NCBI RefSeq assembly: GCF_009914755.1 | Contig: NC_060932.1 | From: the human T2T-CHM13v2.0 reference genome, Homo sapiens | Direction: 5' to 3' (one strand) | Length of the DNA: 64,000 bases | Notes under the pieces: model-generated | The model's input: only the letters and a program-made list of their open reading frames with translations | What the model was told of the DNA's origin: nothing | Databases searched by the model: none | Shown: piece by piece, positions 13,200-25,818 of the stretch | How the letters are laid out: every line of letters begins with the position of its first letter | Numbering within the stretch: position 1 is the first letter of the stretch | Position numbers and translations under genes: made by a program

Positions 13200-13680
13200 T
13201 ACTATTGACAGGCATTGTACTAACTTCCTGGGATTCAAACATTAAACATACATATTAAACATATGTACAAATAAAACACCTCTATGTGTTCAAAAAATAC
13301 ACGTATACAAATGAATAAGTCCAATAGACTTCTGTGAAAAGTGAATCTACAAAGACTCACATAAAATCATGGTTATGGCTGGTAGACTAGCAGGTTAAGT
13401 GAAGGAGGTCTTCAAGGAAGAGTTAGCACAATCTAGGAACTGTTCACCAAGCAGGTAAGAGAAAAAGACCTTCACAAACACGGAAGAAACAAACACACCC
13501 TGGTAAACTTGGGGAATTATAAGAAGCCCAGTTTGACTGTTGACTCTGATGTGATGAGTTAAGGGAAAGAAATGAGGCTAGGAGGAGGTAAACTTGTGGG
13601 CTCACTTTGTGGAAGTCTTTGCTGCCCTACTAAGGAATTGGAGCTGTATGTCATAGAAATCCATTTGACAATTTCAAGGG
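13200..13680 (-). mobile_element. L2 fragments
   Basis: AGGCATTGTACTAAC..GGGATTCAAA and AAATGAGGCTAGGAGGAGGTAAAC...TAAGGAATTGGAGCTGTAT. Confidence 0.5.
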
Positions 13681-13842
13681 GGCCATGTTACAGGATCTCT
13701 AAAGATAGCATGCCCTTCAATTTGCAAAAACACATGCCATTTAAACTCCCTGTGCTGACTTCCTCACTAATAGAGTGAAGGTTATTATGGATGGAAGGAG
13801 TAACATGATAGAAGCAAAAGCAACGCTAAAACATTACAGGGA

Positions 13843-14194
13843 TGTATGATATACTAGTTTATTTTCACACTACTATAAAGAACTACCTGAGACTGGGTAC
13901 GTTATAAAGAAAAGAGGTTTAATTGACTCACAGTTCCACATAGCTGGGGAGGCCTCAGGAAACTTACAATCATGGAGAAAGGCCAAGGGGAAGAAAGGCA
14001 TGTCTTACATGGCAGCCAGGGAGAGAGAGCAAGGATGAAATCATCAAATCTAGTGAGAACTCACTATCCCGAGAACAGCTGAGGGAAATCCAACCCCAAT
14101 GATCCAGTCATCTCCCAACAGGTCCCTCCCCTGACACATGTGGATTAAAATTCTACATGAGATTTGGGTGGGGACAAAGAACCAAACCGTATCA
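13843..14194 (-). mobile_element. THE1D-type solo LTR
   Basis: ACTACTATAAAGAACTACCTGAGACTGGG...GAGATTTGGGTGGGGACAAAGAACCAAACCGTATCA. Perfect TSD AGGGA at 13838-13842 and 14195-14199. Confidence 0.9.
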
Positions 14195-14462
14195 AGGGAA
14201 ATCACAGAATTTTGTGTTGTCATCAAAAATTTGAAAAAAGCAGGGTGGAGGTGAGTCTTATCACATCTCCATTTAACTTGCCTCTCTGATTCTTATAGAA
14301 GTTGGATGGGTTTCAGACACAGCCAATGGATTATTGCAAACAAAACAGAGTTGACTCCAAAATTGCTATAGCTATTCCAGCTGTAGTCATTTTACTGGAT
14401 CAAATAAACACAGCTTAGGAATGTAGTATGGAATTACTCAAAAAAATTATTTACTTCTATCC

Positions 14463-14679
14463 CAGGGATCCACAAGCAATACCCATGGGTAAAATCTGAT
14501 CCTCAGTTTTTATAAATAAAGTTTTATTGGAACACAATCATGCCCATTCCCTAACATATTGCCTATGGCTACTTTTATGCCACAGTGACAGAGTTGAATA
14601 GCTGCAAGAAAGATTGTGGCTCACAAAGCTTAAACTATTTAGTATCTAGCTCTTTTTAGAAAAAGTTTGTTGACACCTG
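14463..14679 (+). mobile_element. MER58A (hAT-Charlie MITE)
   Basis: CAGGGATC...AAATAAAGTTTTATTGGAACACA...AAAAAGTTTGTTGACACCTG. Degenerate 8-bp TSD TTCTATCC/CCCTATCA. Confidence 0.88.
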
Positions 14680-14901
14680 CCCTATCATAATGAAGACGAG
14701 AAGCAGGCTGCTTTCACGTAGCATAAACATCAGTATACCTCTCCTGAAACTATCCCAGGCCATGATAACTCTTATGTGCTCTTCAAAACTCAGTCCACAG
14801 AATTTTGATCATTTTAATATGCCACAGAACATCTTACTGGTCCACATACACATTTGGTTTCTTGCTGATAGGATCTGGTGATCAGAAAATAGAAAGTGCC
14901 T

Positions 14902-15296
14902 CTGAAAGAGAAAACCTGCATGATCTTGCTTGTTTATAGATTATAAGTGTCAAACTCTTATAAGCAAGTTGAATGGTGGTTACTAGAGGCTGGGCTAGGG
15001 GTGGAGGGGAAGACCGGGGAGATGTTAGTCCAAGAATACAATATTTCAGATCAACCAGAGAAAAAGGTTCAGGATAACTATATTATACAATACAGGGACT
15101 ATGGTTAATAATAATAATGTAACATACTTGAAAATTGTGAAGAGAGTAGACTTTAAGTGTTTTCACCATAAAAAACATTTTTAAGGTAATGGATATGTTA
15201 ATGAGTTTGATTTAGTCATTACACAATGTATACACTTATCAAAACATTATATTGTATGCCATAAATGTATACAACTTTTGTCAATTAAAAAATAAC
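14902..15296 (+). mobile_element. L1MA-type 3' UTR (5'-truncated L1)
   Basis: GAATGGTGGTTACTAGAGGCTGGG..ACTTGAAAATTGTGAAGAGAGTAGACTTTAAGTGTTTTCACC..GTCAATTAAAAAATAA. TSD AAAATAGAAAGTGCCT (14886-14901) vs AAAGTAGAAAATGCCC (15297-15312), 13/16 identical. Confidence 0.87.
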
Positions 15297-16009
15297 AAAG
15301 TAGAAAATGCCCTAAATATATTGTAAAGTAAGACATAAATGCTAGAGGGAAATACACCCCTTAAAAATAACCATGCTAATGATGATCTGACCTATTTACT
15401 GAGTAACTATAAGGCTGTCAGGTTTATGGTGGGGCTGTCATGAAGACTCTCCAGCTGGGACACTCTGCTGTTCAAGCAGCTGCCTTTTGATCCACCAGAT
15501 CCAATGGTGCTCAAAATGTCAGTGACAGGTTAATAAATATATGAAGTCTATTGCAAACTACAATAGGATAATTAATAGTACGTGCCTAGACTTTTATAAA
15601 AAGCCAAGCCCTTTAGGCAACCAACAATTCTCTTGTTGATAAAAATGTCTGAACTTATTACCAGACCCTGGTAGAATCACAAAACCATAAACTTGCATGT
15701 GCCATTATTATTTGTTTCTTTCTCTATCCTGCTGTCTGGAAATCGGATACAAACTGGAATGTCACATGCCAGGGACGATGAAGGGGTAAGTTTAAAGGCA
15801 CTTGGATCTATGTGGGCTTCATGGAGTAGAGAAGCCTTACAAGACCCTGCACTACAAAACCCCAAATGAAGATTCTGTTGCTCTCTGGGGTAACACACTT
15901 TAGTACAGAGAAATATGAAATTATTGCCTTAAATCTAGAAAGGGCTAGAAAAGAGTAATGTGTGCCCTTTATAGAACAGAGGAAAATCTGAGGAATTTTC
16001 ATTTACAGA

Positions 16010-16215
16010 ATATGTGTTAAAAGAACACAGGCTTTGCAGTTTTACAGATTCAGACTCCAATCCTCTGTGTGCTACTTGACAACTTTATGGGCTTGAGAAA
16101 CTCACTTAACTTCTCTACGTATGAATTTCCTTATTTACCAGATACAGAAAATAGCTACCTTATAAGATTCTTGTGAGAACTAAATGATAACCTATATGCA
16201 AAGTATAGTAGGGTT
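16010..16215 (+). mobile_element. MIR
   Basis: AAGAACACAGGCTTTGCAG...CACTTAACTTCTCT..TTGTGAGAACTAAATGATAA. Confidence 0.8.
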
Positions 16216-16967
16216 TCTTTCATTTAATAACAAATGAGAGTTGCCATCTCTCCATCTCTGTCCCTATATACCTCCCCACAAAAACTAACAACCACCAACC
16301 AAACAAACCAACGAACCATCTCTCTGAGTGGGCAGTTATAATACTTTAGTAATTGTAAGATGGATACCAGAATCACAGCTACCAGAGATGTAAAATTTAA
16401 ATCATGGGTGAGAAATGGAGGGAGAGTAGCATAGAGATATAGGTTTGTAAAACATGATCTAGATCTAAAATGATCTGGAGTGTGACTTCTAGAAATGTAC
16501 ATAAACATCATACTTGAAGTTCCATAATTTTATAAAGAGGACATTATCAGGTCATTTGCTATGTCATTTTATTGTAAAACACAACTTACATATATTTCTT
16601 TAACTTATAACAGTGTAATAGCTCAGACATGACAGTTATCTCAGATAAATGGAACATATAAAATGCAACAGCAGTTTATGAGATTGGCGTTAAGCACATA
16701 TTTGAAAAGCAGGGGAAGACAAGTCACATATTGGAGAACTTATGATCTGTCCTATATTTGTTTTATACAACTGAGGAAAGAGGCCGTTTCAAAATTGGCT
16801 GAACATCTAGACCATAGGTGTGGTAACTGTTCATGGTAAATAGTAGCCTATCCTTGAGTTATCACTTGGACAATAAAAATAAGTGGAGAAAGAGCTAAAG
16901 AGGTAGTCTAGTTTTCCAGCTAAAAGCATAAAAAGACCATGTTAAATAACATGAGTTGTTGGAATGT

Positions 16968-17168
16968 GTCCTGTTCCACTTCCTTGCCATAAGACATCTG
17001 ATGAGTTAGTTAACCTCTCTGCATTTCATTGTCCTCATCTGTAAATCGGGGCAATACTATCAAAGTCACATCAATGCCAATGCATAGAGAGGAACTGAAA
17101 TAATGGATGTGAAATATTCAGCACAAGGGCTGGTATACGATACATACCCAATAAGTGGCAGCTACTTA
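16968..17168 (+). mobile_element. MIR
   Basis: GTTAACCTCTCTGCATTTCATTGTCCTCATCTGTAAATCGGG. Confidence 0.8.
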
Positions 17169-17179
17169 TTTTGTTAAAG

Positions 17180-17400
17180 GTCAATATACACAGTGATTAA
17201 AAACACAAACTTTGGAGCTAGAATAACCTAGATTTTAGTGCTAGTTCTGCCATTTATTTTCTCTGTTTCTTTGAACAGGGATTCTTGCTAGGTTGCTGTT
17301 CTCTCATATGCAAAATGGTGAAAATGAAAGTACCTATTTCATGAGATTATTGTGAGCCTATCGTTAAAGCAGTCAATAAGTGCATATTATTGCTGTTATT
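17180..17400 (+). mobile_element. MIR
   Basis: GTGATTAAAAACACAAACTTTGGAGCTAGA...CTCATATGCAAAATGG..GTACCTATTTCATGAGATTATTGTGAG. Confidence 0.8.
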
Positions 17401-17409
17401 AAGTGGTTA

Positions 17410-17601
17410 ATAACTGTTAGCACTTATTAAGTACTTACCATATAACAGAGTTGGGTAAAAATACTCTTCATGTACTGTTATTTTTCTCTCACAGAAACCA
17501 CTTAACAGCATTTTCCTCATTTTAGCAAAAGAAATTGAGGCAGAGTTAGTAACTTGCCTAAGTCCTACCTATAGCATTGTCAGAGTTAGAATTCAAACCC
17601 A
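17410..17601 (-). mobile_element. MIR
   Basis: TTTATT-like start, GAAATTGAGGCAGAGTTAGTAACTTGCCTAAG..AGAATTCAAACCCA. Confidence 0.8.
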
Positions 17602-17602
17602 C

Positions 17603-19380
17603 TTTAAAAAGTTAGAAAAAGAACAAATTAAAGGAAGTAATCTAAATAAAGACATGAAATCAAAACAGAAAATGGACAAGCAACAGATAAATCAGAGTAA
17701 AAATTGGTTATTGAAAAAGACTAATAACATTGCAAATCACTGGAAAGAATAACAAAGGAGAGAACACAAACTATCATTATTAGAAATAACAAAGGTGACA
17801 TTACTATAAATTCTACAGACATTAAAAAGGTAATTAGAAAATATCAACAACTTTACGCCAATAAGTTTGATATCTCACATAAAAAAGCAAATTACTTAGA
17901 AAAACTATAACTTACCAAATACAGGAAACAGAAAAGAATAAACCTATATCTTTTAAAGAACTCTAATTTTAATTAAAAATATTCACCCAAAGAACACACA
18001 AGATCTATAGCACTTGTTAATTCTATAAAACACTGAAAAAAAAGAATACTAAGCTTGTCTTAACTCGTTCATCTGTCCATTTCAAGTACAACACCAGCAA
18101 AATCCTGTTACTAAAACCAGAACAAGATATTTAAAACTACAGACTAATATCTCTCAAGAACATTGGCACAAAATTTCTGAACAGAATATTAGCTAACCAG
18201 ATTTAGCTTATATAAAAGAATGATATATCCTAAGTAGGGATTATTACAGGAGTGCAAAGATGGTATAACCTATGAAAACTAATCTATATAGTTCACAAAA
18301 TGATTACAATAAAGGTGAAATTGTATGATCACTTTAGTAAGTGCAGAAAAGATCATATAACTCCCTCATGTTGTAAACTATCCAAAAACTAATAATAAAA
18401 GCAAGTTTTCTTAATCTGATAAGGACATCTGAGAATTCCCTATAGCTTGTTTCATGCTTAATTATGAAATATCAACATTTTTCCTCTAAGATCAGCAACA
18501 ATGCAAGGACGTCTACTCTCACCATTTATACTTAACATTCTACTTACAGGAGGCCTTAGCAATTATAATAAAGACAGAAAAATGGACTTGGTCGGAGACT
18601 ATAGTAGATAGCATGTGATATTGTTGAAAGAATAGACAAAAACATCAAAGGAATTGGAAGAGAGTCCAGAAATAATTCCACATCTATACAATCAAATAAT
18701 TTTCAATAGGGCTCCAAAGCAATTCAATGGGAGAAAGAAAAGACTTTTCAATAAGTGGCAAAAAATGAATCTCAACTCTTATCTTATACTATATGCAAAA
18801 CTAAATTAAAATGAGTCATAAATCTAAACATAGACACTAAAACTATAAGTTTTATAGAGAAAACCTAAGATAAAAATTTTATAACGTTGGAGTAGGCTAA
18901 TAGGTTTCAAGAGGTAAGGGAAAACACTCAACATTGATAAACTGAACTTTATGAAACTTTTAAAAAAAGTTGCTTACCAAAAGACCTTGTTCAGAAAATA
19001 GAGAAGCCATGGAATGAGAGAAAATATTTGCAGCATACATGTCTGACAAAATATTTTTATCCAGAATATACAAAGGAATCTTACAACTTAATAATAAAAT
19101 GGAAGACAATTCAATTTAAAAACAAATGGGCAAGAGAGTTGAAGAGACACTTGTGAAAGATGATCTACCAATGACCCTTAAGCACACTGTAAAGTGTTCA
19201 ACATTATTCATCATCAGGGAAATAAAAACTGAGACCACAATGTGTTTCCATGGCATAGACACACTAAAATGGCAAAAAGACTGTTGACATGGGTGAAATG
19301 CAAGTGGAACTCAGCACTGGTCAGAGGGTAACCACTTAGGAAAACTACCTAGCAAATCATTCGTTAAACCATATACACCT
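17603..19380 (+). mobile_element. Old L1 (L1M/L1ME) ORF2 to 3' UTR fragment
   Basis: A-rich degenerate ORF2: AAAAATTGGTTATTGAAAAAGACTAATAAC, ACTACAGACTAATATCTCTC, GAATAGACAAAAACATCAAAGGAA, TATCCAGAATATACAAAGGAATCTTACAACT. No open frame. Confidence 0.85.
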
Positions 19381-19913
19381 GGAAGTAACACACATTCCTT
19401 TCTTCATTGCCCAGAACTAGGCATGAAGCCAACCCAAATGAAAGGGAAGCTAACGAGAATAGAGGAGCACATGGATGCTGTTGAATAAGAACTGTCTCTG
19501 CTTCATGGAGGTTTTACAGTACCAAAGGTGAGAGGTGAAGATGGCTTGAGTTAGGGTGGTTATGATGGAATAGAGAGAAAGGCATAAATGCAAGAGATGT
19601 TCCCAAGGTATCATTGAAAAGACTAAAAGAGTGTAAGTTGGGGCAGGGAAGAGAGAATTCTGGAGAAGAGAATGAAGAAAAATAAAATGTGTACAGTTAA
19701 ACAACCAGTGTTTATTGAATGCTTATGGCAAAACTCCTCTCCAATAGTTCATCCTTGGGAAGGAGTGAAAGAAATTAGTTAATAATTAGGTTATTAAAAT
19801 TCTGTTAGTTGTCTACCCTGATTTTACCTAATATGAAGCAGAGGTTTATCACATCTGGGCTAGTGACCTATAACACAAAGACTTATAGCTTTCTTCAATC
19901 ACAATCTGCCATC

Positions 19914-20237
19914 TGTATTAGTCTGTTTTCTCACTACTATAAAGAACTTCCCAACACTGGGTAATTTATAAAGAAAAGAGGTTTAATTGACTCACAGTTC
20001 CGTATGGCTGGAGAGGCCTCAGGAAACTTGCAGTCAGGGTGAAAGGGAAAGCAGCATGTCTTCCATGGCAACAGGTGAGAGAGAGCCCGTGTCAGCACCC
20101 AAAAATCTACCACCAGATCTTGTGAGAATTCACTCACTATCACAAGAACAGCACTTCCCACCAGGTCTCTCCCTAAACACCTGAAGATTGTAATTCAAGA
20201 TGCGATTCAGGTGGGGACCCAAAGCTTAACCATATCA
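19914..20237 (-). mobile_element. THE1D-type solo LTR
   Basis: TGTATTAGTCTGTTTTCTCACTACTATAAAG...AACCATATCA. TSD CCATC/CCCTC. Short internal deletion after GAACAGCA. Confidence 0.9.
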
Positions 20238-21039
20238 CCCTCCATCAACTCAATGAATTTGGACCACCTGTACACTCAGTGCTACCTTATTCAGCTAATC
20301 ATTACCTTAGTTACAGGTGGGCGTAATCTACAGCCTCAATCTGACTCAGGGCAAGAGTAGATTCAACTCACTTAAGGATGAGGTCTGAATGCCAGAATTG
20401 CAATAGCCTCGAAAGAACTAAGAAACTGTTAGCACACCAAGTTGCTGCCTTCATGCTAAACCGCTTCTGCATGCTCAGGCTAACCTTCAATTTTGCTTAA
20501 TTTTTTTCCTTTCAACCTCATATTTTATCTCTCAGTCTTAGAGCCTTAGCACTTAGCCTTTTCCCCAGGGGTAACCCTTGTTCCTTGAATCCTGTGTCTC
20601 AGCAGGGCCCTCCTGTGATCATACCATCTACCTGAAAGCAGGATACTGAGAATTGAGTGTATTCATGCTCGGCCTGCAAGAACAGCACTTTTCAGCACTC
20701 TCAGGCCAGTGTCATGCCCTACTGGGCAGAGCCAAGCATATAGTCTACAAGAAACCTCTGCTTAATGAAAGAAATATATGATTTAGTGATTTAGCTTTGT
20801 CTTTTTCCTACCAGCCTCTTAACAAGGTCCTAGCATGCCTCAACAGGGACTTACTGGAATTGTTCAAGATGGGGCTAAATTTTATTACTATAAAATAAAG
20901 ACTTTACTTTTTAAGTAAAAATGATAAATGCTCATTACTTTTAAAAGCAGTGGAAAAATAGAACAAAATCTACATACTTATGTTTTCTCCTACTTCTCTT
21001 CTCTCCAACCTCTATTTCTTGTTTTCTCCAATCCTTAGC

Positions 21040-21800
21040 ATATTGTTTTGAATGACATCTTGGTCAGTTGAATTTTGTTACTCAGAAATTCTTTTAAGAA
21101 GTGTTCATGAGTACTGTATACTGGAGGATGTTCATCTCCAGCCTCTATGCTGGAGGAACAACTTGGTATAAAATGCTTGGGTAAAAATTTCTCTTGGAAC
21201 CTTATTGCTCTACTCACTTGTGGTGCTTCATATTCCTGAAATACATGAACCCATCTTGAAAGGTTTTCCTAATTTTTCAGAAGTTTCCTTCTATTGGATC
21301 TTCAAATACATTCTTGGACTTTTCCTATTCTATTATCCCCTGATGAAGCACTAAACCGAGTTCAGAATGTGACTTGTTTGCCTCCCTTAGCTACTCATTA
21401 GCTTCCCTATAATAATTTTTACCACTACTCTCCTCCACTTTGTGTTAGGCACTCTCTTTAAGACAGGACAACGCATGCCCAACTGTTTTCATTTGCATGT
21501 ATTTAGTTGCTTCTAAGGTGGCTTTAATCATTTTTATAATTTAATCTATTTTATACCTTTTCCCTCAGCCTTGTAGCTAACTTACTTGATTTTAACCTTA
21601 TTTGTTTGCCTTATATTATCCTCCTGATTTTGCATCTCTTTCTGACCTTTTTTGGAGAAACCCTTTTATCTAAAGCTGCTTTGAGTTTATAATGAAGTAG
21701 TTGTACGAACCCTTCCAGAATTTCTTTGGACAATTAATTCTTAGGATACATGTCTGTTTCATCTTACTTTTACTTATATTTTCAGTTCTTGTGCCAAAGG
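21040..21800 (-). mobile_element. Very old L1 fragment (ORF1-side, L1ME-like)
   Basis: T-rich, with TTGGTATAAAATGCTTGGGT-type motif. Boundaries vague. Confidence 0.4.
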
Positions 21801-23794
21801 CCAGCATTGACTTCTTCCTGGCTATCACTTATCTGTAGAAGGGGCTAAGTTACTGAGGATGGGCACAAGAAGGGAGCAATAAAATCCTCTGCTCCCACTC
21901 AGCTTTATTGTCTGCAATGTGATTTCGCCAAAGCTTTTGTTTCTGTTTTTTGGGGTAGTATATTTCTTAGGTTTCATACACTCATTTATTATGATTGAAT
22001 CAAACATTGTGTTATGAATATTGATGAAGATTTTATACGCCAACTCAGTCCAGATTTGGGGGATAGGTTGGTGAATAGGATGAGCCACATCTGACCTTTA
22101 GGTCCTTTTTTTCTTTTTAAACCAGTGAGCGTGGTTTTGTTGTTGTTTTTGTTTTGCTTTACAGGCTGATGAGGCCCTCATTTTTTAATGGGGATGAGAG
22201 ACATTAAACAAGTAAACAAATAAAACATATGATTACAGTTTCTTATTGCTATTAAAGTTGGTTTAGAAATTTACTTGTGTGAGTTAGCACAAATTAAAGC
22301 TTTTGTGAGTCAGGGGCAAGTCACAGAGCTCCGAGTTTTCTCATTTAAAAATTCATACAAATAAACCTGCCCACTGATGGTTTTGAAGGGCCTTAAGTGG
22401 GATAATATATGTACAACACCTTTGGAAATCAGTTATATAAACCTTGAACATTGCTAAAACAAACACTTTTTTCTAACTGTACTTGCAGCTCTCTTTCTCC
22501 TTGGCTGATGATAGGTGAATGTACGTAGAGGAAAATCACGGGTGCTTCTTCGATTGCATCTCCCCGTCTTCAGCTCCCTCTCCCACACCTGGGAGTGGGG
22601 AGGCTCCTGCTGTGATTGAGAACCACTTTATTCCCAGTTACTGCTGATGCAGGGACCATGCTCATCTTCCACAGGGACCTTAGCACCAAGATGTGCTGAC
22701 TCTGGACAATTTTCAGTGAGAATTAATAACAGAACATTATAATTTATCAACTGGCTTGACTTGAGGTAATTTAATTAAAATCAATTCCCCAGCATCTAAT
22801 TATGCATGGTGAAGCAACCCCAATGCCGATTCTGAATCTGCAACCTTGGGAACTACTGGTATATGGTTCAGAGACTCCCCGATTCCCTCAACTCCAGACT
22901 TCTAATATAGTGTCTCTGTTGGAGTTAGAGTCTAAGGTAAAACTTTCAGAAAAGCCTTTTGAAGGGTGAGTGTGGAAGCCAGGATAGGTTCTTCAGCATG
23001 TTCTGTTAGCATAAAGAGTGCAAGAGATAATGAGAGGCTCATGGGTACACTGCCCAAATTCCTGCAGAAAAAAAATGTTAAATGCAATTAGCAGCAGTTG
23101 AATTATTGGAGCGAGAAACTATCATTGGCACAAAGGCTGTGTGATTTGAAGGGGAAGAAATTATTCAGACCTGAGCACCTGCTATATTCCAGTCCCTTTG
23201 TGTGAACAGGGTTTCATTCCTCCTCTGCAGTCCAGCGAGGGAACAGAAAAATTCAATATATAGCAGGCATTGTGCTGGGGAAACGGACAAAGTGCGCTTG
23301 GAATCCAGATCAGTGCCTGATGGAGTGGGGAAGAGATTTCTCAGAGGTTCACTTTTGATGTGGCCTTAAAAAGGAGTGGTGGATTGTCAGCCAGAAAAGG
23401 AGGAGAGAACTTTCAAGGCAGCAGGCATGAACACCCCAAAAGGTATGTGTGTTCCTGAAACAGAGTCTTCTAGTGTAAAGAAGAGAGGAGGATGTCGGGG
23501 GCAGGCCACGAAAAGCCTCAAATGCCAGGTTTCGTACAGTCCAGATTTTATTGAGGAGCTCAGTTTTAAAAGTTAGCCAGAGAGGTGATCTGATTCATAA
23601 TATACGAGAAAGATGATAGTGACAGTAGTGTGGTGAACAGTCTAGAAAGAACAAGGCCAGAACCCACAGACTGGGAAAGTGGTCCTGGTGAGAGGTACCA
23701 GCCAGCAAATGTTGAGCAGTGGCCACAAAGCAGCATGCCAAGCACTGTATACATAGAACTTCCTATAATCTCTACAACCCTATCAGGATCCACA

Positions 23795-23930
23795 ATCTCT
23801 CTCCCTTGTACAGATGAGGATGATGAGAACCAGAAGGATGAATTGTCCAAGGTAAGACATGTAGTAAGTAAGCGATGAAATTAGAGCTTAAGCCCAGGTT
23901 GAATGACTCTAGGTTGTATGTTCTTAACCA
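23795..23930 (-). mobile_element. MIR
   Basis: CCCTTGTACAGATGAGGATGATGAG...TGTCCAAGGTAA..TGTTCTTAACCAC. Confidence 0.75.
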
Positions 23931-23954
23931 CAAGGAAGAAAGTTCGTGCAGGAT

Positions 23955-24080
23955 GAACAAGAACTTTCTAACAGACCTATGTCATTAGGTTACCGGGAAG
24001 AATAAATGAGATAATGTACTCAAAGGAGGCTCTATGAGATAGTGAGCTCACATCCAAAGAGGTGAACAAGCAGAGGCTGT
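23955..24080 (+). mobile_element. L3/CR1 3' fragment
   Basis: AAGAACTTTCTAACAG...GAGATAGTGAGCTCACATCCAAAGAGGTGAACAAGCAGAGGCTG. Confidence 0.65.
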
Positions 24081-24729
24081 TTACTGAGACATGAAGTTGA
24101 AAGCATAAGTCCCCTACCCAAACTCACATGGCCAGTAGTAGACCAGTCTATAATCCAAATCCAGGCTCCTCTGACCCCAAAGCCTGTGCTCTGAGACCCT
24201 GTTTCACACTGACATCTAATGTTCCTTCAGCATTGATGCTACGTTTTCATGATTTATCCTTTCGTTTCCCTTAAGTGGATTACCTACAATAGACCAGACT
24301 TCAAAACCTCCGCCTTCTCTCTCCTTAATTGGGGCTTTTCTGTGCTGAGAAACCGTGCTTAAAACCCCCACAGAGCTATGGATGGAGTGCCAGCCCCTGG
24401 GTTGCTTCCTGGTCCCCTTTCATCTGGTTTCAAAGAGAAGACATGATGGATAAGAGCCAGATTTATTTCTGGTTATCTTGCTAATTCTAAGCACCATGTC
24501 TCTGCTACAGGAGCAGAATGTTAAGGTAAAAATGTTCAGACCGGCAAAACAGAAACCCTCTTTGTAGATGAGCAGGACTATGCTAGCTGAGTGGACCTGA
24601 GCTTGTAAATGTGCAGATTTAAATGTGTGTTTGTGCGTTCATGTATTTGTGTGTGCGGTCGCTCTCTAAAAACTGACCAAAGAGAAAGGAATGCAGAGAA
24701 GTAAAAAAATGTTTAGGAAATTTAGAAAT

Positions 24730-24865
24730 ATGGTGTAGTCTAGAAGAAAGGGCAAGAGTTTGGAATGTAAATGAGCTGAGTTTAAGTTCCACATTGGCCC
24801 CCTAGATGCTGTGTGACTTCGGAAAAGTTAATAACCTCTCTGACACTCACTGATAAGATATGGAA
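24730..24865 (+). mobile_element. MIR
   Basis: GCTGAGTTTAAGTTCC...GCTGTGTGACTTCGGAAAAGTTAATAACCTCTCTGA. Confidence 0.75.
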
Positions 24866-25027
24866 AGAGGAGCATGGAAGAGGTATGAAAGGATGTCCAT
24901 TCAGAAGAACCCCCTTTTTTCTAAGTTGGACCCTTTGCATTTCTGGACATCTGGGTTCTTACTCTCACTCATTTCAGTGGATACTGCCTCACATAAGGGC
25001 TGACCTCCTGAAGATACTTCAGATAAG

Positions 25028-25152
25028 CTAGCTCTACAGGGGCTCATCTGTTGTTTCTTCCATATGCATACATTTTGGGCCCCCATGTCAATCGCCAGTG
25101 CAGTCAGCCTTGGCAGGGCTGCCTCTTTCCACATGTGGGATGCGGCAGCTGT
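25028..25152 (+). repeat. Direct duplication, copy 1 (125 bp)
   Basis: Aligns by hand to 25819-25946 with 16 mismatches and a 3-nt indel (about 87%). Confidence 0.92.
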
Positions 25153-25818
25153 CTGGCCCTTTTCTATGCTGGGGGAGGCAGAGCAGTGAAAATAGCCTCA
25201 CTCCTTTTTACGTTTTGGCCGTTTTCTTCTGGTCTGTATTTCTCTCCCTCTAAGAGTTCTCAAAATCTTAATTGATTCTGGCATTGGTAGATGTCTTGCA
25301 ATAAAGTTTATAGTTTTCATCTTAGAGATCATCCATGCTGTGGATATGCGCTGGGCATGGGGCCAGTGAAGACACTGAAGGTGTGGCTGCCTATAAATAA
25401 ATAACCTATAAATGACTCTGAGAGTCTATTTTTAATCTTATTTCCTGCCTTTCACCATTAAGAAGTTTCCTATAATCTATAGACAGTTTAATTATATTTT
25501 TTTAGTGTATGACCTTAAACTTTTATAAGCACATATTAGTTAACAAAATCTAACTTTAATTAATATCCCTACCCTTCTCCTCTTGAATTGTGCATGGATC
25601 TTAAAACTCTTTAATTCCAATTATACCTCTCCTGCTTTACTAAGGATTCTATTTAACATTTTAATTTCCCATTGTATGTAAACTCTAAAATTAGTCATTA
25701 TCATTATGACAAAGGTTGTTTTATTTGATCAATTCTTATTCGGGTTTTCTCACATGTTGATCAATTTCTTTGCTTGTCCTTGCTTCTTTCAGAGTTCAGT
25801 TTCTAATAGGAAAGTGAA

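Larger units (their letters stand above)
13755..15690 (+). pseudogene. ERVL internal fossil, pol (RT to connection/RNase H), interrupted by three insertions
   Basis: Hand translation gives ITSPFNLPL*..KLDG..MDYCKQNRV..IAIAIPAVVILLDQINT, NFDHFNMPQNILLVH, AVQAA..FDPPDPMVLKMSV and YYQTLVES. These match ERVL Pol motifs (TSPFNSPIW, VDYRKLNQV, LLEQINT, LPQDITLVHYIDD, YDPADPMVLEVSV, CYWALVET). Stops and frameshifts throughout. Confidence 0.85.

Noticed and set aside
16968-17601. Tail-to-tail MIR pair as a dsRNA or miRNA hairpin
   Set aside because: The copies are too diverged from each other, and MIR clustering is ordinary in this window.
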